Position numbers and translations under genes: made by a program
Shown here: positions 37,304 to 52,100 of the stretch, one piece after another
Layout: every line of letters begins with the position of its first letter
Numbering within the stretch: position 1 is the first letter of the stretch
NCBI GenBank assembly: GCA_043228905.1
Contig: JBHGNT010000016.1
Coordinates: forward strand, 9,486,001-9,550,000
Source of the DNA: Azolla caroliniana
Taxonomy: Eukaryota; Plantae; Polypodiophyta
Length of the DNA: 64,000 nt
Reading direction: 5' to 3'
The notes under the pieces: model-generated
Databases searched by the model: none
Seen by the model: the letters and a program-made list of their open reading frames with translations, nothing else
What the model was told of the DNA's origin: nothing

Positions 37304-39679
37304 AGTCCACTAGTTGGCACCGCTCCTGCTCTATTTGGTCCAATATTTGCAGGAACTGACTAGAGCGCACCTGTAATTCCACGAGCTCCTTGTTTAGAGA
37401 TACTATTTGTGCAACCACTATATCTTGTGTAGTCCTGAGGGCGGCTGCAGCATTGTGTTCTGTCTCCTAGAGCTTGGTCGTCTGGTCATGGAGAAGTTTT
37501 TGTAGCTCGGCTTTCCTTTTCGTTGCTTGCTCCTTTATTTTGGCTGCCTCGGCTTTGGCTGTGTCGTAACGTTCCATGGCTGTTTGAACGATAAGTTCTT
37601 CCTTATATCAACAGATAGCATCTTCGAACGGAGCCGTGTTGTGATCGCCCTCAGTTTGGGTTGTTTCACTGTGCATCGCACAGGGGCTGGGTGGTTCTGT
37701 TTGGGTAGATATATCGACCATTGCGACACAACTTCGTAGTTCTGTTTGGGTCGACGCATCGTGTGGGTGGTAGGGGGCAAGCCGAGCAAAGTGAACTCGA
37801 TGTTTGTCTGGAGTCGTGCCTCTAGTCTGGCCAAGCAACGTTCTGATGCTTGCCACAACTCGGTGGCGGTCTTGGCTTGCTTTCATGCTTCTTTGCTGCT
37901 AATGGCCATATCTTTAGCCGCGCGTGTAGTCCTTGCCAGCTCGCGGTAAACCTCGACAAGCGTCATGTTGAGGTTGGGTAGCTCAATGCATGTGTGACGT
38001 TTCTTCGTGGCTCTCTTCCCTCCTACTTTTTATAACTTGGGCTCGTCGTCAGATTCCATTTCGTTGGCCAACGCCCTTTCCACCATCTATTGGTCGCCAT
38101 GTTCTTGGGCCATACGGGCCGCGGCAGCGACTTGGAGGCGGGCAAGGAAATCAATGAGTTCATAAGTCGTGCCGTGTTGTAAAATGGCACCGAGCTCATG
38201 TGATTCGGCTGGTAAGTCCTTGAAGGTCGTTACCTCTTCGTCTGAGAACTGTGATTGTTGCCCTTGTTCAATCTAACCGGTCAGAGCGAGGGGTTTAGCC
38301 GTCACGACTGCGACTGTCTTCTTTGGTACATTGACCAGTTGCTGGTCCTCGGCTGAGGAGTCAGTGGTTGTTCCTTCCTCGCTGTGATGTTGTAGGTGGA
38401 GTTTCTTGGCGGGGTTGAGTTTTGGGCTACAAGTTCGTTGTGATCCCGCTTCTATTGGATCATCGGGGAGTGATCTATACGCATACCGGATTTTCGGTTG
38501 TCTGTTTTCTGCTCTGAGCGTGGAGTGGTTGCAGGTCATGGGGACGTGATACAAATCGTGGAGGATTGAGGTTTGCTGCTCTCCCAAATGGTAATGTTGT
38601 TGGGGGCCTTATGGTTCTTCGACTTGGCTCAAGGCAAGTTGAGGTGTGCGTCGGTGTTTCGTCCTGCCATTCGTCCTGTGGCAACTGCAGGGCTCTTGGT
38701 TTTCTGTCCTAGGTGGGTAGAACTGGTAGGGCCAATGTTTGGCGAGGTGGGGTCATGGTTTGGGGAGTGTAAAGTATGGCCAGATACTATGCAAACACTC
38801 GAAGGAAACACTTACCTTATTGGAAGGAGGCCAATGCGGCACAAATTCCTTCCCCAGTGAGTATACCCCAATCAATAGCTTTGCCTCGATATGCCGTGAT
38901 GATTAAGCGGCGCTCTTCTTGGGTATGCTATATGCATTGGAGGTGATATATCCATACTCCAAAAGAAAATGGGCCAGATTTCCGAAAAATTCATTGGAAC
39001 CTCCATGGTTGGGGCGTGGTGCCCCCGAAATCCTCTGTTCTACCTACCATGGGTTGATTCTAGCTATGTTGTTGTTCGGCGAAGGGGTTTGGTGGTGTCG
39101 GGACGCAGTATGTCTTCAATAGAAATCCATTGAATCAATTCTTCAAGATTTCCCCAGCCAATGTGCCGAGCTCGAACGTTCCGTTGAAATCGTCGACAAT
39201 CTAGAATGGTCCCGTCCACCAAAACCGAAGTTTTACTAGCATTGACCCGAGTCTGTTTTGGAACACAAGGACCAATCTACCGATCTCGAAAGAATTTTCG
39301 GTATCTCAGCGATGGAGATCCACGAAAGCTTTCATTTTTCCTTGGCCTTGTTCTAATTAGTTGAGACTGGCTATTCGTTCTTCCCTAAGTTCGAGTAATT
39401 GTTCTAGCCGTTTGTGTTCGGACACGGATTCGGACGCAGATTTGGACAATCGTTCTATTACTTGCACTCGGACACTTCAAACCTGAAATTCGATCGGCAT
39501 TATGGCTTCGAAGCCGAAAGTCATTCAAAAGGGCGTGGATCTGATGCTTGTCTTGAAAGCGGTGCGGTAGGCCCACAGTGCACTGTGTAATTTATCAACC
39601 CAATCCGTTTGAAGCTCGTTCATGATTTTCTTGAGAATCATCTGTAGGGTCTTATTCGTAGACTCGGCCAATCTATTGG

Positions 39680-42600
39680 TGTTGCCCGTCGGAATAGTAA
39701 CCGACGGAAAAGCGCGTAGGAATAGGAAATAATATAAGATCATAACGCATGTAACGGTTCACGCAGGAAGCATGAACGGCTAAATAGACCCTGCGTATAT
39801 AAAGTGCAGAAAACCTCTGATAGAGGTAGCGTGTATTTTGGAATGTAAGGAAGCGTATCATAATAGAATTCTATCTTCTCTGAAAGTCTGTGTATAGCTA
39901 TGGCTAAACTATTGTGTGTCTGGAATACCTGAGCGTGTAAGAACGTGAGTGTAATTACAGATAAGGTGTCGGTGGTAGCCGTCTCCCTTATACGCTGATA
40001 GGTTACAGGGGAACATTCCCCTACGCATTACGCATATACACCACCATTCGTTGTTCCACAATCACTTGGAGGTCTAGGTCGAAGGACTAACCGTAGACCG
40101 TGTTCCTAATCGGTAACACTTTTGGCACGCCTGGTGATCTGTGTCTTCTCATAGACGAACAACGACGAATGGATGTTTAGCCGTAGACGCCCCAGAGAAC
40201 CAACACGACAAGACCGGCCAATCAGAATGTCCGTCACACGCTAGGTAGACGAACGCGCACGACAAAAGCCTCGCCTCAGCGACCTCAGTACTACCTGTCG
40301 TGATTACAAAGGCTATTCTTTGCTCTCCAAATACCTCAACGATACGCAGCGAGCACGCTTACCTCAGCCACCTTGTGGTCTTTCCCGACCCACAGTAGCC
40401 CCCAACATGGCCTTTGCTTATCCCCGCTTTAACGGCGAAACCGACGCCGCAACCCATATTCAAATATTCCTTAATGTATGGAATGCGAACCACATGGTGC
40501 AGAGGCTTTCGGAGGCGGTAGCGCACCAGTAAAAAATGACGGAGTTCGGGTTAACATTGGATGGGCGAGCGGCGTTTTGGCATTCACAAATGGATTTACC
40601 AGCCCTCACAACCGTTGATCAGCTGCAGTCCGCTTTCTTGTGGTTCCTCGGACAGTTCTACACGATTAAGCAACTACCAACCGAGACGATCGCAGACTTC
40701 AACTTACGTTTCCAAAATTTACGGCAAAAACTAGAACGCAACCCCGCAGAGGACGAGGCTCGAGAGACATTTCTAGCAGCGTTACGCCGACCCATACGGG
40801 CAACGCTCAACAACAATACCATGAAAGGGGAAACAACGGATATGGTCATTGAACGAGCATTACAACTCGAGCTGGACGAGGAGGAGGAAAGGTTTTCTAT
40901 GTCCTCCTTACGACAAGTGTTACCCCAAGACGAGGAATGCTAGTTTCGTCAAGCGATCCAATGCACGATTTGCTTGAATTTGGGGCATTCCGCAGTGGAG
41001 TGCAACATGCAAATCCACTGCCCAATCTACCACTCGAAGGCTCACACAGTCAAACAATGCGAATACAATATGTTGAACAGAGCCACTCCCACAGTTCGCA
41101 GCATGGACACACAACGTCCCCCATGCCATGCTGAACAAAGGAGCCAAGAAGACCGACCACAGTACATGGAGCGCAACCCATGTGACGACCGGCACCACCG
41201 GAATCGCCGAAATAACAACGACTCCGAGGAAGACGAACCAGAGGATGAGGCTTATCGTGGACATTTGAGTTATGCTAAAGGGGGCTGGCGCTATGAGAAT
41301 CACCGGCCGACAAACAAACGTGGTGGCTTCAATGGTTATCGTGGGAAGCCGCGGCAATATCTAGATCACCGGCGTTACGAGGAAAGCTCGGGCGATGAGC
41401 GACACCACGAACCACGACGTGACCAACAGCAACCACCGTCTGCGTTCCGACAACCAAGGCCGAACCGTGAGGAGCAAGTTACACCTGGGGATCGGCACAC
41501 ACCACCACGAGCCGAGAAGGGCAAATCAAGCATCCATTGTCAGCAGCCCGGACATTATGCCATGCAATGCCCAACACGCAAGGGCAAGGGGCCCACCGTC
41601 AATACTATTACGGCGGAAGTACAACAAGTCATGACACGCCAGCAAACAAAAACGACTGATTGGGCTGTGCAAGATGAGATACAACGACAAGCCCAAGCAT
41701 GGGTGGAAAAAGCCAACACGACCAATACAGAGCGCATGCGGAGGGAGTCCGCGAATGCGAGGGAAGGAGTAGCGGATGAAGGACTGGTTCCAGACCCCAT
41801 TTGGCAGGCATTAGCGGGCTATGAAATAACGTTAACCATGGAGAAACTACTGCAGTTAGTCCCACGCTTCCGCCAGACCATGGAAGAACGGGTGACGGGC
41901 ATACCCAGGGTGAGCGTCGCTACAAACCTTACATATGTTAGCGACGGCCCGCCTGTAGTGGATCACCACAACCCGGTTATTACGCTAATATTACACGGAC
42001 AGGAAATTCCTGGATGCGTAATGGATGGCCGCTCATGCATCAATGTAATTAGCGTGAAAACTTGCGAACAGTTAGGCATTTCAGAATGGGAGGCTTGCCC
42101 ATTCTGGCTCCGAATGGCAGATACCCGCTCATTACAACCATTGGGGTTAATTCACAAGATAGGCATTATCGTGGGCGGACATTGTTTCGACATCTTGGCG
42201 GTCTTCCTCGCCTTGGACGCCCCAGGGGTGTACCCAGTGCTTTCTGGGCTGACCATGGCTTTGGGCAGCAAATATCAAGCAAAGCTGGCAACACAAGTGA
42301 ATCAATTTCCGACACGGGCGCACTAAGGTTCGCGTACCTACGAAAGGAAGCACGCCACAACCCAAGGGTATAACACCGTTATACGCAGAAGATATAAATA
42401 TGTTGGTTGGGGTGGAGGGTGCAGAATTAGAGGCATACCTAGATGAGCACCCTCAGATCATTCCGCTATTCGAAATCGACGTCATCGCAACTGCGGCAGA
42501 ATATGCCACGACCACTAGTCTCCACGATGAGGCTTACGAACCAAACCCAGAGTCCATATTGGAACTCAGCAGAGCACGGGAGGCATTCGAAAGGGAAATG

Positions 42601-45600
42601 GAAATTTCACGACGATTCACCGCCTCCGCCTTGGAAGAAGTAAATGTGGGTACGGAGTCGGAACCCCGTTTCCTCTCCATTGCAAAGGAATTAAGGTCGG
42701 ACCAGAGAAACACAATGATCGCACTACTCACGAAATATAAAGATGTGTTCGCTTGGGCTCACGAGGACATGAAGGGGTTACATCCCAAGTTCTATCAGCA
42801 TAAGATCAATTTAGCAACCGATGCGAAACCCGTCCAGCAGTGCCGCTACCGCATGAACCCGAACTACGCGACCCGCGTGAAAGAAGAAATTGACAAGCTC
42901 CTGAAGGCGGGGTTCATACGGCCAGTTAAACAAGCGACATGGTTAAGCCCGATAGTCGTCGTTCCAAAGAAAAACGGTAAAATACGGGTATGCGTAGATT
43001 ACCAAAAATTAAACGTCGTAACCATTATGGACGCATTTCCCTTACCCTTCACCGATAGCGTACTGGACGTCGTCGCAGGACATGAGATGTACAGTTTTTT
43101 AGATGGCTTCAGTGGCTATAACCAGGTATGCATGCATCCCGAGGACCAAGAAAAGACGGCATTTGTCACGGACTAGGGAGTCTATGTGGCAGTCGTCATG
43201 ATGTTCGAGCTTCAGACGGCACCGACAACATTTCAACGGACAATTACGGAGATCTTTGGGGAATACATTCCAGAGATCATGCAAGTTTTTTTAGAGGACT
43301 TTGTGGTATATGGGAGAACAATAGACCATTTTACACACTTACAACTGTGCCTGGAACGTTGCCGCACCGCATGCTTAAGCCTGAATCCCGCAAAATGTGC
43401 TTTCGGCGTGACCAGTGGGACTCTCCTGGGCCATATAGTCAGCAAAGAGGGAATAGTGGTTGATCCGAACAAGATCTCCGCGATTACGCAAGCCAAAACT
43501 CCGACAAACGCCAAATCGCTCAACCATTTTTTAGGACAAATACAGTGGCATAGTCGGATGATACGGTGTTTGGCGGACTTCGCCACGCCGTTACATGCTG
43601 TCGTACATCGGACTCCTTTCCAATGGACTGTAACAGAGGATAAGGCCTATGAGGCACTTAAGATAATGCTCACACAGGCCCCCGTCGTACAACCAGCAGT
43701 TTGGGCGAAGCCATTCCACGTGTTCGTCGATGCCTCGGACATAGCTATAGGAAGTGCACTAATGCAGCTCACCGAACCAAACTAGTACCAGCTAGTGTAG
43801 TATGCTAGTCGCAAATTATCAACAACAGAGCGTAACTATTCCACAACGGAGCGGGAGGCGCTAGGGATGATCTATAGCATCAATAAATTCTGGCATTATT
43901 TACTAGGGAGGAAATTCACGTTCCACGTGGATCATTCGACGCTGCTGTATGTGGTGGAGAAACAAACCCTGACGGGGAAATTGGTGCGGTGGATGTTGCT
44001 GCTCCAAGAATTCGATTTCGTAATCCAGCACTGACCAGGGACGCAACACACAGTGGCGGATTTTTTTAGCAAACTCGAGAATGGAGAAACAGTAAAGAAA
44101 GATGACGCCGATTTTCCGGACGCCGACATCCTGCGGGTAGCAGCACTAGTAGAAAGAACGGAATCGACCTTTCCAGACCGGTGGCTTATGGAAATGACGT
44201 ACTTTTTGACTACGGGACTGCCTCCACCACAATTACGCATGGACGAGAAGAAACGACTAGTGGTCACTTCTGCCTCGTAGAAGGAGTTTTATATCACAAA
44301 GGTAGTGATGGCATTTGGTGACGTGGGGTATGTTAGGACGAGAAGGAAGCAGTTTTACGGGAGGCGCACTACGGCACGACAGGCGGCCATTACGCGGGCG
44401 ACGTTACAGCCCGGAAAATATGGCAGGTGGGCTTATGGTGGACAACAACATAGAAGGACACATCCGAGTATTATAGAAAGTGTGATTTGTGTCAACGGAT
44501 GGGCCAGCCCGCGGAGAGCGCAAGGATGCCACACCAGCCCGTATTATCGTTACACCCCTTCCAAAAGTGGGGATTGGATTTTGTGGGCCCCTTCACACCG
44601 GCGGCAGCCCGTACGGGCAATAAATACATATTGGTAGCTATGGATTATTGCACCAAGTGGGTAGAAGCAAAGGCACTACGTGAAAATATGGCGGCTGTCA
44701 CAGCTAGATTCGTTTACGAGCACATCTGGTGCCGGTTCGGCTGTCCGATTGAGCTCATCAGTAACCAGCGGAGTCACTTTCTCAATACGGTGGTTCGGGA
44801 ACTAACACATCATTACGTCATAGTCCACAAGAAGAGTACGCCATATTATCCACAGGCGAATGGGTTAGCGAAATCTACCAACAAGATGTTGCAGACCATC
44901 TTGAAGAAAATCGTCAATAAAAATAGAACGGACGGGGATACCAAATTACAGAGTGCGTTAAGGGCATACAGAACCAGCTACAAAACAAGCATACAGTCAA
45001 CACCATTTCGGCTAGCGTTTGGGCTGGAGGCTGTGATGCCGGTAGAATTTCAGGTACCCAGTTTGCGGATTCAGGTACAGAACCGACTATTAGAAGCCAA
45101 GTCGAAGGAGGTACGGCTCCACCAACTACTCGAACTCGGGGAAAAACACGTACACAACATGGTTGTGTTGGAGCAGGAACAACGACAGCATAAAGCCTTT
45201 GTGGATTGACATCGGAACGCAAGGGAAAAGGAGTTCCCCGTCGGTCGAGCGGTGCTGGTTTTCCAAACCCACATGGGCCATATGCCAGGGAAGTTACGAT
45301 TCCGCTGGACCGGCCCATATTGGATAATTGGAGCGGAACAAGGCACGTTCCAATTAGGTACACTGGCCGGGGAAGTAGTACGGCAAAAGGTGAATGGGTT
45401 TCGGCTCAAACCTTACCTGGGCCCTACGCCACCTAACCCATTCACCGCCGAACGGGACAGAGCTGGAGAACCCGCAGCATAAAGGGACGGCCCAACTTGT
45501 ACCATAATGTAAAAATAGGTTGTAGATAACCATTACAAAAAAAGAAAGGGGGGGAGAAGATAGCTACTCTTAAAATGACTAAATGCATGCACAGACTCCT

Positions 45601-45874
45601 AGTTCAAGAACACGCGACACCACGATGGCTCACCGCCCAATGAACCCTAAGCCACAAAAGGAAGGAAATAGAAGATTTTCTGCACAAAACAGAAACCCAT
45701 CTTCTAGCTATCAGCGCTCCCATCGCTCCTCCGTCTCACCTTCTCCTCCATCCTATCACAAAGCTTCAGCCCACAGCAATCACCGGTCTCCTTCCCACGA
45801 ACCTCCTCTGGCGATGCCGATCTCTATGTCTACTCTTCCTCCTCACTTCTCAATGCCGATCTTCATCTCTACAT
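39680..45874 (+). mobile_element. gypsy element of the dual-PBS lineage (family C), 3'-truncated
   Basis: 5' LTR 39680-40118; PBS TGGCACGCCTGGTG 40123-40136; gag, PR, RT, RH, INT in gypsy order; 3' end lost at ~45874. Confidence 0.9.
40387..45482 (+). pseudogene. gypsy gag-pol, disrupted
   Basis: YPRFNG (gag), tandem Zn knuckles, CVMDGRSCINVI (PR), KKNGKIRVCVDY, FLDGFSGYNQ (RT), VFVDASDIAIG (RH), KWGLDFVGP, YYPQANG, RWTGPY (INT/GPY-F); no chromodomain or extra RH seen. Confidence 0.92.
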
Positions 45875-46159
45875 AGCATTCATGGCCTTGTCGCTTTAAC
45901 TTCCTAAATTCTCCCTCCCTGATTCTCTCTCCTCGTAACTCTCCCTTCTTACGCGATGTTTGAATCCCTATTAATGCTTTAACTACCTAGTACAAACCTC
46001 CTTTTTCTTATGCCTAGTAGTTACGCTATCTAATTCCCTAGGGGTGTGCACTCGTGCACATCAATGCTCCAGCGTGTTTCACTTTGTTTCTACCGATGGC
46101 CCGGAATCTTCACGATATCCACCCCCACTAAACCGCACATACTCCATTATGTGCCGGGC

Positions 46160-49100
46160 AACGATTTTAGTGAGGGATTCTGGGCCATCTGCTACTCGTC
46201 CTCCCCTTCTGAACTGGCACTTTCGGCTCCTAGGTCTGGTTCCGCCTCCTTTCGCCTCTTGAAGGCCTTTATCTGCTTCCCGACCACCAGAGTCGTCATT
46301 CGGGTCTCGGCGAGCTCGGCGAGATGATACGTCGCGTTATCGTTGACGTTAATTACCATGTATGGCCCTAATCATCGCGTCGCGAACTTACGCGTAGATT
46401 TATGTTGGTTGTTGAGGTTGTTATGGTGGACTAACACCCAATCGCCCTCCTCGATCTTCCTTGGCCGGAGCCGGTGTGTCCGGTCGAACCAGGCCTTGAT
46501 CCGGATTCTCCCTTCTTTTACCCTTGCCGTGTCCCGCTCCACGTCTTCTGGCCTTCACTTGAGTTGCTAGATTCGGGCTGCAAGCAATTCTTCTCGGCTC
46601 ATTTCATTGGCCCAATCAATCGTCGTCCACGAGGCGGTCGTGCGCTCTACTCGCATGATGGGTTTCTGTCCAAACATTCGTTCCACTGGCATGTACCCTG
46701 TCACCAAACTGTGGGCAGTCCTGTCCGCCCATAGTGCGTAAGGGAGCAACCTCGGCCAGTCGTCGACTTGTCCTTCGCACGCGCATACAATGGCTTTTAC
46801 GATTGGGTCGTGGCCCCGCTCAATCTTTCCATTGGCTTCCGGGTTGTGTGCCGTCATGAGGGACAATTTTATGCCTAGCCGATTGAACAGTTCCTCGGCC
46901 TCTTCCGCGTCTAACTCTCCTCGGTCAGCCGCGATTTTTCCAACGCACCCGTATCGGCATATGACATCTTCGATCAGAAACTTACATACTGCCGCGGTGG
47001 TCTTGTTTGTTAGTGCTCGGCACTCTACCTGGTTCATTAGGTCTTCTCTAGCCAGCACCAGGTATCGCTTCTAGCCCTCTCCCATCGGCATGGTCACTTA
47101 GTCGACCATCCATTTGAAGTGCACGGCCGGGGGGTAGGTTGGGTGCAGCTCGTTGCGGTGTCGAACCACCGAGTGCATCTAGCAACTTTCGCACGTGGAC
47201 ACGAAGTAATGAAAGCTCTTATAAATACCCAGCCACCAATATTTCTCCTTTAACTTCTCAAATGTGGCCCATGTACCCTGGTGTCCAGACCAACGGCTTT
47301 CGTGGAACTCCGATATTAGCTTCTCTTGATCATCCACCCACGCTATTACCCGGAGCGGCGCGTCGTTTCGCCTTTTTGGGACCCTCCAGATTTCCCGTTC
47401 CGTAAGAAGTACCGGTATGCCCTTTTTCGGAGCTGTCCCATCTCCTTCCTAGTCATCGTGGGGTCCGCCGTCATTGTTTTTAGAAACCTTTCGATTAGAA
47501 GCCACTCCCCGTCATAGTCGTCTTCGTCGAACTCGTTCAGGGGCGGAGCACTTCTCCTTTTTATCCTCATCCTTACCGATTCGAAGAAGTCCGCGCCGAC
47601 TTCTTCGTTCTCCGATACCATGTCATCCTCGTCCTCGAACCTTGCTCTGGAAAGCATATCGGCCATGGCGTTTTCTTTACCCGAGATGTGTCGTATCTCT
47701 AGGTTTAGGAGTTGCGCATCTGGAGACCATACCGAGAATCGGTAGGCAATTCGTTTCTATAATCACTTCTGTCCTGATTAGTTAATCTTTGTCGACCTTA
47801 ACCGCTGAAACGATACCCCATAGCTCACGCTTGACGTGTATCCTCGTTGTTGCTCGCTTAGTACCTTCGCACCGAATTGGATAGGGAAACACGTGCCATC
47901 TTCGTCCTCTTGATTTACAACCCATCCGATCCCGGTCGGGCTAGTGTCCACCGTGATGTAGACCGGAGTTCCCGGTGCATATTTCGCTTTGCATAAAGTT
48001 GGTGCCCCGGTGAGCGTTTGGTTTAGCCTCCGGACTGCCTCGGTATGTTCCTTTTTCCATTCAAATTTCCTCCTCTTCTTTAGCAAGCCGTAGAGTGGTT
48101 CAGCGATGTGCACGTAATGAGGGATCCATATGTGGTAGAAGGCGCATGCTCCTAAGAATCGTTGGACCTCTGTGATGGATCTGCACTCCTCCTTCATTGC
48201 CAAGATGGCCTCTACCTTGGTCGGCGATGGCTTCCGTCCATATGACCCACATAGATGGCCCACCACTAAGATCTCTAGTTTTCCGAAGGCCGACTTTTCT
48301 CCCGAGAAGGTAAGCCACGCGCCTTCGAGCCTCTGTAGTATCTTCTTGTAGTCGGAGATATGGTCGGTGACAAATCTTCGGCACCCATCCACGTTGATCG
48401 ACTCATCCTTGGTGTCCTCCGGACACCCCTTCATAAGGATGTCATCCAGGAAAGGCATGGTGATGTCTGGAATGTAGTCCCGCAGAACTCTGTTCATTGC
48501 ATTCACCATGTGTGCCACCGAGTTGATCCCTCCCTGTGGTAGGGTACACATTCAAACCAGGCCGAGAGGGGTTCGCATTGTTGTGATGTCCCTACTTTCC
48601 ATGGCCAACTAGAATTGGTCGTACCCAAAGTAAAGGTCTCTGACCGAGTATATGAATCTTTCAGTGAAGGCTTCCGTGAACTCATCAATCGACGGTCCAA
48701 CTCACATATTGCGGATGGTCACCTTGTTGACCGGTTGCAAGTCCTAGATGAAGCGCAACGTACTGTTCTTCTTTGGTATCGTACACCACCGGTTAGAGTA
48801 AGGGGCACTCGATGGTTCGAGGATGCCCAGCTCCACCTTCTGCTTAAGAAGCTCCATCAACATTGGCATGTGAGCTCTCAGTACTTGAATTGGTTTGAGA
48901 CTCCATGGCACATGCGACACGATAAAGATCACCATTGGTTCGACAATGGTTGGATCGACGCATCCGATCTCTCCCGGCGAGAATGTGAAGGCTTTCTCGT
49001 GCCTCTCGAGCATCCTTCTGAACCGGTCCTCTTCCGCCAGCAGTAGGAAGTCACCCCCACCGATCTTCAACTCTCGTAGTGTTTTGTCGGTGAAACGGTG

Positions 49101-52100
49101 TCCTATGCCGGCCGGATCTCGCAAGCTCGAGTCGGTAGCGACCGCCTTTATTCATTTCTAGCTGCCCTCCGGTAAGGGGGACCGCGACGGGCTTCACCTT
49201 CCGGTCCACAGTCTTGTACTTGGTGTCTACTCGAGTGATCGGATGCGCCCTGGTTTTCCTTTCGAAGTCAGCAATGACTTCATACATGTCGACCGAGTTT
49301 ACCCGTATGACTCGATCTTCGCTTAGGCCTCCCTCGACTACCTTCCTAATTTCTCCAAGGGTATCATCAAACGAGACCGCCTCCACGGCTTCCCCAATCC
49401 CTTCGTTGTGACTCAAGGCTCCGCACGCTTTTAAGCGTATCTCGGCCAGCTTTCTTTCTCGGCCACTGATGTTGGCCAAGGTACATCCCCCGTTGTCGGA
49501 GAACAAAGCTTTCCTTCCTATTTTACAGGTGTGGAGAATTTTCCGGCTATCTGGACTATCGCAGCCCCACGCCTTGATAGCCCTTTCTAAAAATCCGCCT
49601 TGTCGTTATTCCCGAGGGTGTCCCTGTTTCGCTCGTGATTCTTCCGAACGGTCAAAAATTGGACGAAATGATGGCCGTCCTGACTTTTTACCCTTGCATA
49701 AGCTGAACCATTGTCCAACACTTTTTTCTCCATTCTAGCCACCGTGATGTATGGTTCGCCGAGGATGACCGGGTGGGAGGACGTCTCTTGCACGAAAAAG
49801 TGTTGGTTTATATCGATGTCTCCGACGCTCACCCTGACGTTCGGGCAAGCCCCGTGTAGTTCTTCCGTGTCTCTTGTAGCCGTGCGTATCTTCTACCCGT
49901 GTTTGGTGTTGATCGGCCAATTCCCCTTTTTGTAGAAGTCCATGGACATCAGGTTAATTTCCGACCTGTGGTCGATTAATGCTACCACTGGTTCCTTCAT
50001 GTCCCCGATACGAACAGGGGTTTCTGTAGTCACTCTTGCCCATTGCAGCCTAGCGTAGTGACTTTCCGCAATCTCATCTTCCGCAACCATCTCGTCAAGG
50101 AGTGTCGTCCTTACCTCAACCGGCTTCTCAAGCTCCGGTTATGTCACGAGACGCTTTCTCTTAACGAGGTCCACGATGTTGTTGTGGAATTCCCTTCTCG
50201 TTATGCCAAACACTTCCCTAAGCGTGAGTTCTATGCGACTGTCGAGAACTCACTCCTCTAGAACCTTCTGTAGGTTCGTTGTTTTCTTGATTTCCTAGCA
50301 TAAACAGAAGCTCGGAATCCTGCCCTTCTCCTTCTCCCGGGATCCGGTCGGAGTGGCATCGTGCCCTTTTGGCATGCTTCGGGTGTCATACCTCCCGGAA
50401 GGGCCCGCTCCCCCGGTTTTCCCTGCTCTCCTTTCGTCAATTAGGGCCTTGTAGTTCCTGCATGCTGCCTACACAAAGCCGGTGCTCTCCTCAACAGGGT
50501 CACTCCAGCTGGTAACTTCATGCACACGCTCCTCCACGCTGTCGTGAAGAATTTCGGCCATAGGCGAAAACCGGGAAACATTGTCTACATTGGCGGGGTG
50601 CAGCGTGTGTACGCACCCATGTACATTTGGTGTGAATATCGAGGGCGCCTTTATGGCGCCGAAGAGTAGTCAGGTCGGGACAGACGATCCCATGAAAGTC
50701 GGGATTTGTCCCACATTGTAATGCATCCCTCTCCTTGTTCTATAAAAGGGAGGGAACGCCCTTTGTAAAGGGGTTGCCCATTTTGGATTAGAGGGTATAC
50801 CGGTAGGTTTAGGGTTAGGTTTCTTCTGCTTCTTCTTCTTCCCCTTTCGCGTTCGTTTAGGGTTGGCTGCAGCTTATCTCCTGTGCAAGACCCCGCTCGG
50901 CGCGACGAGCCCGAGAGCTCCCCGACGGCGGCTTGACAGCAGACGACTGTTGTAAACTATCCTGGTCCGGCTCGAAGCCGGGAGTGTATTCTTCTTATAT
51001 ATATATACATATACGTTTGCGTCTGTCTGTGTATATTGGCGTCTCGTTGGTGTCGGGTGCTCCCCTCCTTCCCTGCGTTTCCTGTACAAGAGGGGGTGCC
51101 CCAGAAAAACGGTGAAGTGCGACTTCCTACGCTCTGTCGCTCCCTAGTCCAAGACCCCCGTGGTCTCGCCTTTCTCCACGCACGCGCATAACAACGTGAC
51201 AACGCGCTCCGCTTCTCCCTTCTACAACCTTCCTCCAAACAAGGTCTCGAGAATAACCGGCCATAACCCAGGGTTTGAACCAGGTTTAGCCGTTCTTTCG
51301 CCTACGCGGATGCCGGCCGAAGCCGAGTAGTGGACTGCTTCGACATGTCGTGTCGCGGCTTCTTCCATTAGCCTCTTCATGCCACCTCGTCTGAAATTTG
51401 TGTCAAGCAACCTTCGCGTGTCGCTCGCATGTATCCTACCATTCAAGAGATAGACTACATTACTTTTGAGCGCTTCACCAAGGTTAGTGCAATCTCTCCG
51501 GGAATGCCCGGTGGCGTCGCACCATATGCACCTCTGATTGGTCGGCGGTCGTCGGTCGCGCGGCTAATCCTCATCCCTTCGCCGGGCCTAGGCGATCTGA
51601 AGATCGCGCACCATCCTTGTCAGTTCTTCTAGTCCTGCGCCGCCTGTAGGCCCCGCAACTAACTTTGTCGCAGGTGGGCCTACCTCAGGCCACCTCCTCG
51701 TTTCTTCCATTAGGGTCGGTGTCGGCTCGGCTTTGATTTCGACAGCCGGTCCGGCCGGCGAGGACCCCCTTTCTTTCCAATCTCGGCGTTTGTCAATCCT
51801 ACCGCATACTTCTTTGACGGTCGCCCAGTCAGTCGTGAGACCACTGTTGATTTCAAGAAGAAGACCCACACTTTCCCGAACGAGCAAGTCAAACGATGTG
51901 AAGAAAAATAGGACTTTGCTCGTTTCGAGCACGGTTCGGTCCAATCTAGAGAGCCACGCGAATCGTGACTCGAACTCCTAGAGGAGCGCCGAAGCGTTCT
52001 AACCCTTGTCGGGGTTGTTGACCCAATCCATGAAGTCCGTCCTCGATAGCCAGAGCAAGTCTTCATAGCTATATCTTTCGAGAACGTCCTCCGCGAACTC

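Larger units (their letters stand above)
30351..39679 (-). mobile_element. 3' half of a gypsy element of the dual-PBS lineage (family B): integrase end, decayed extra ORF, tRNA-like site, 3' LTR; interrupted by the full copia
   Basis: INT at ~39170-39679 (NRLAESTNKTLQMILKK, LWAYRTAFKTS); LAHFLLEYGY extra-ORF motif ~38950; tRNA-Arg-like site 30815-30856; LTR starting TGTTGTCTGTGG at 30812 on the minus strand (left end approximate). Confidence 0.72.
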
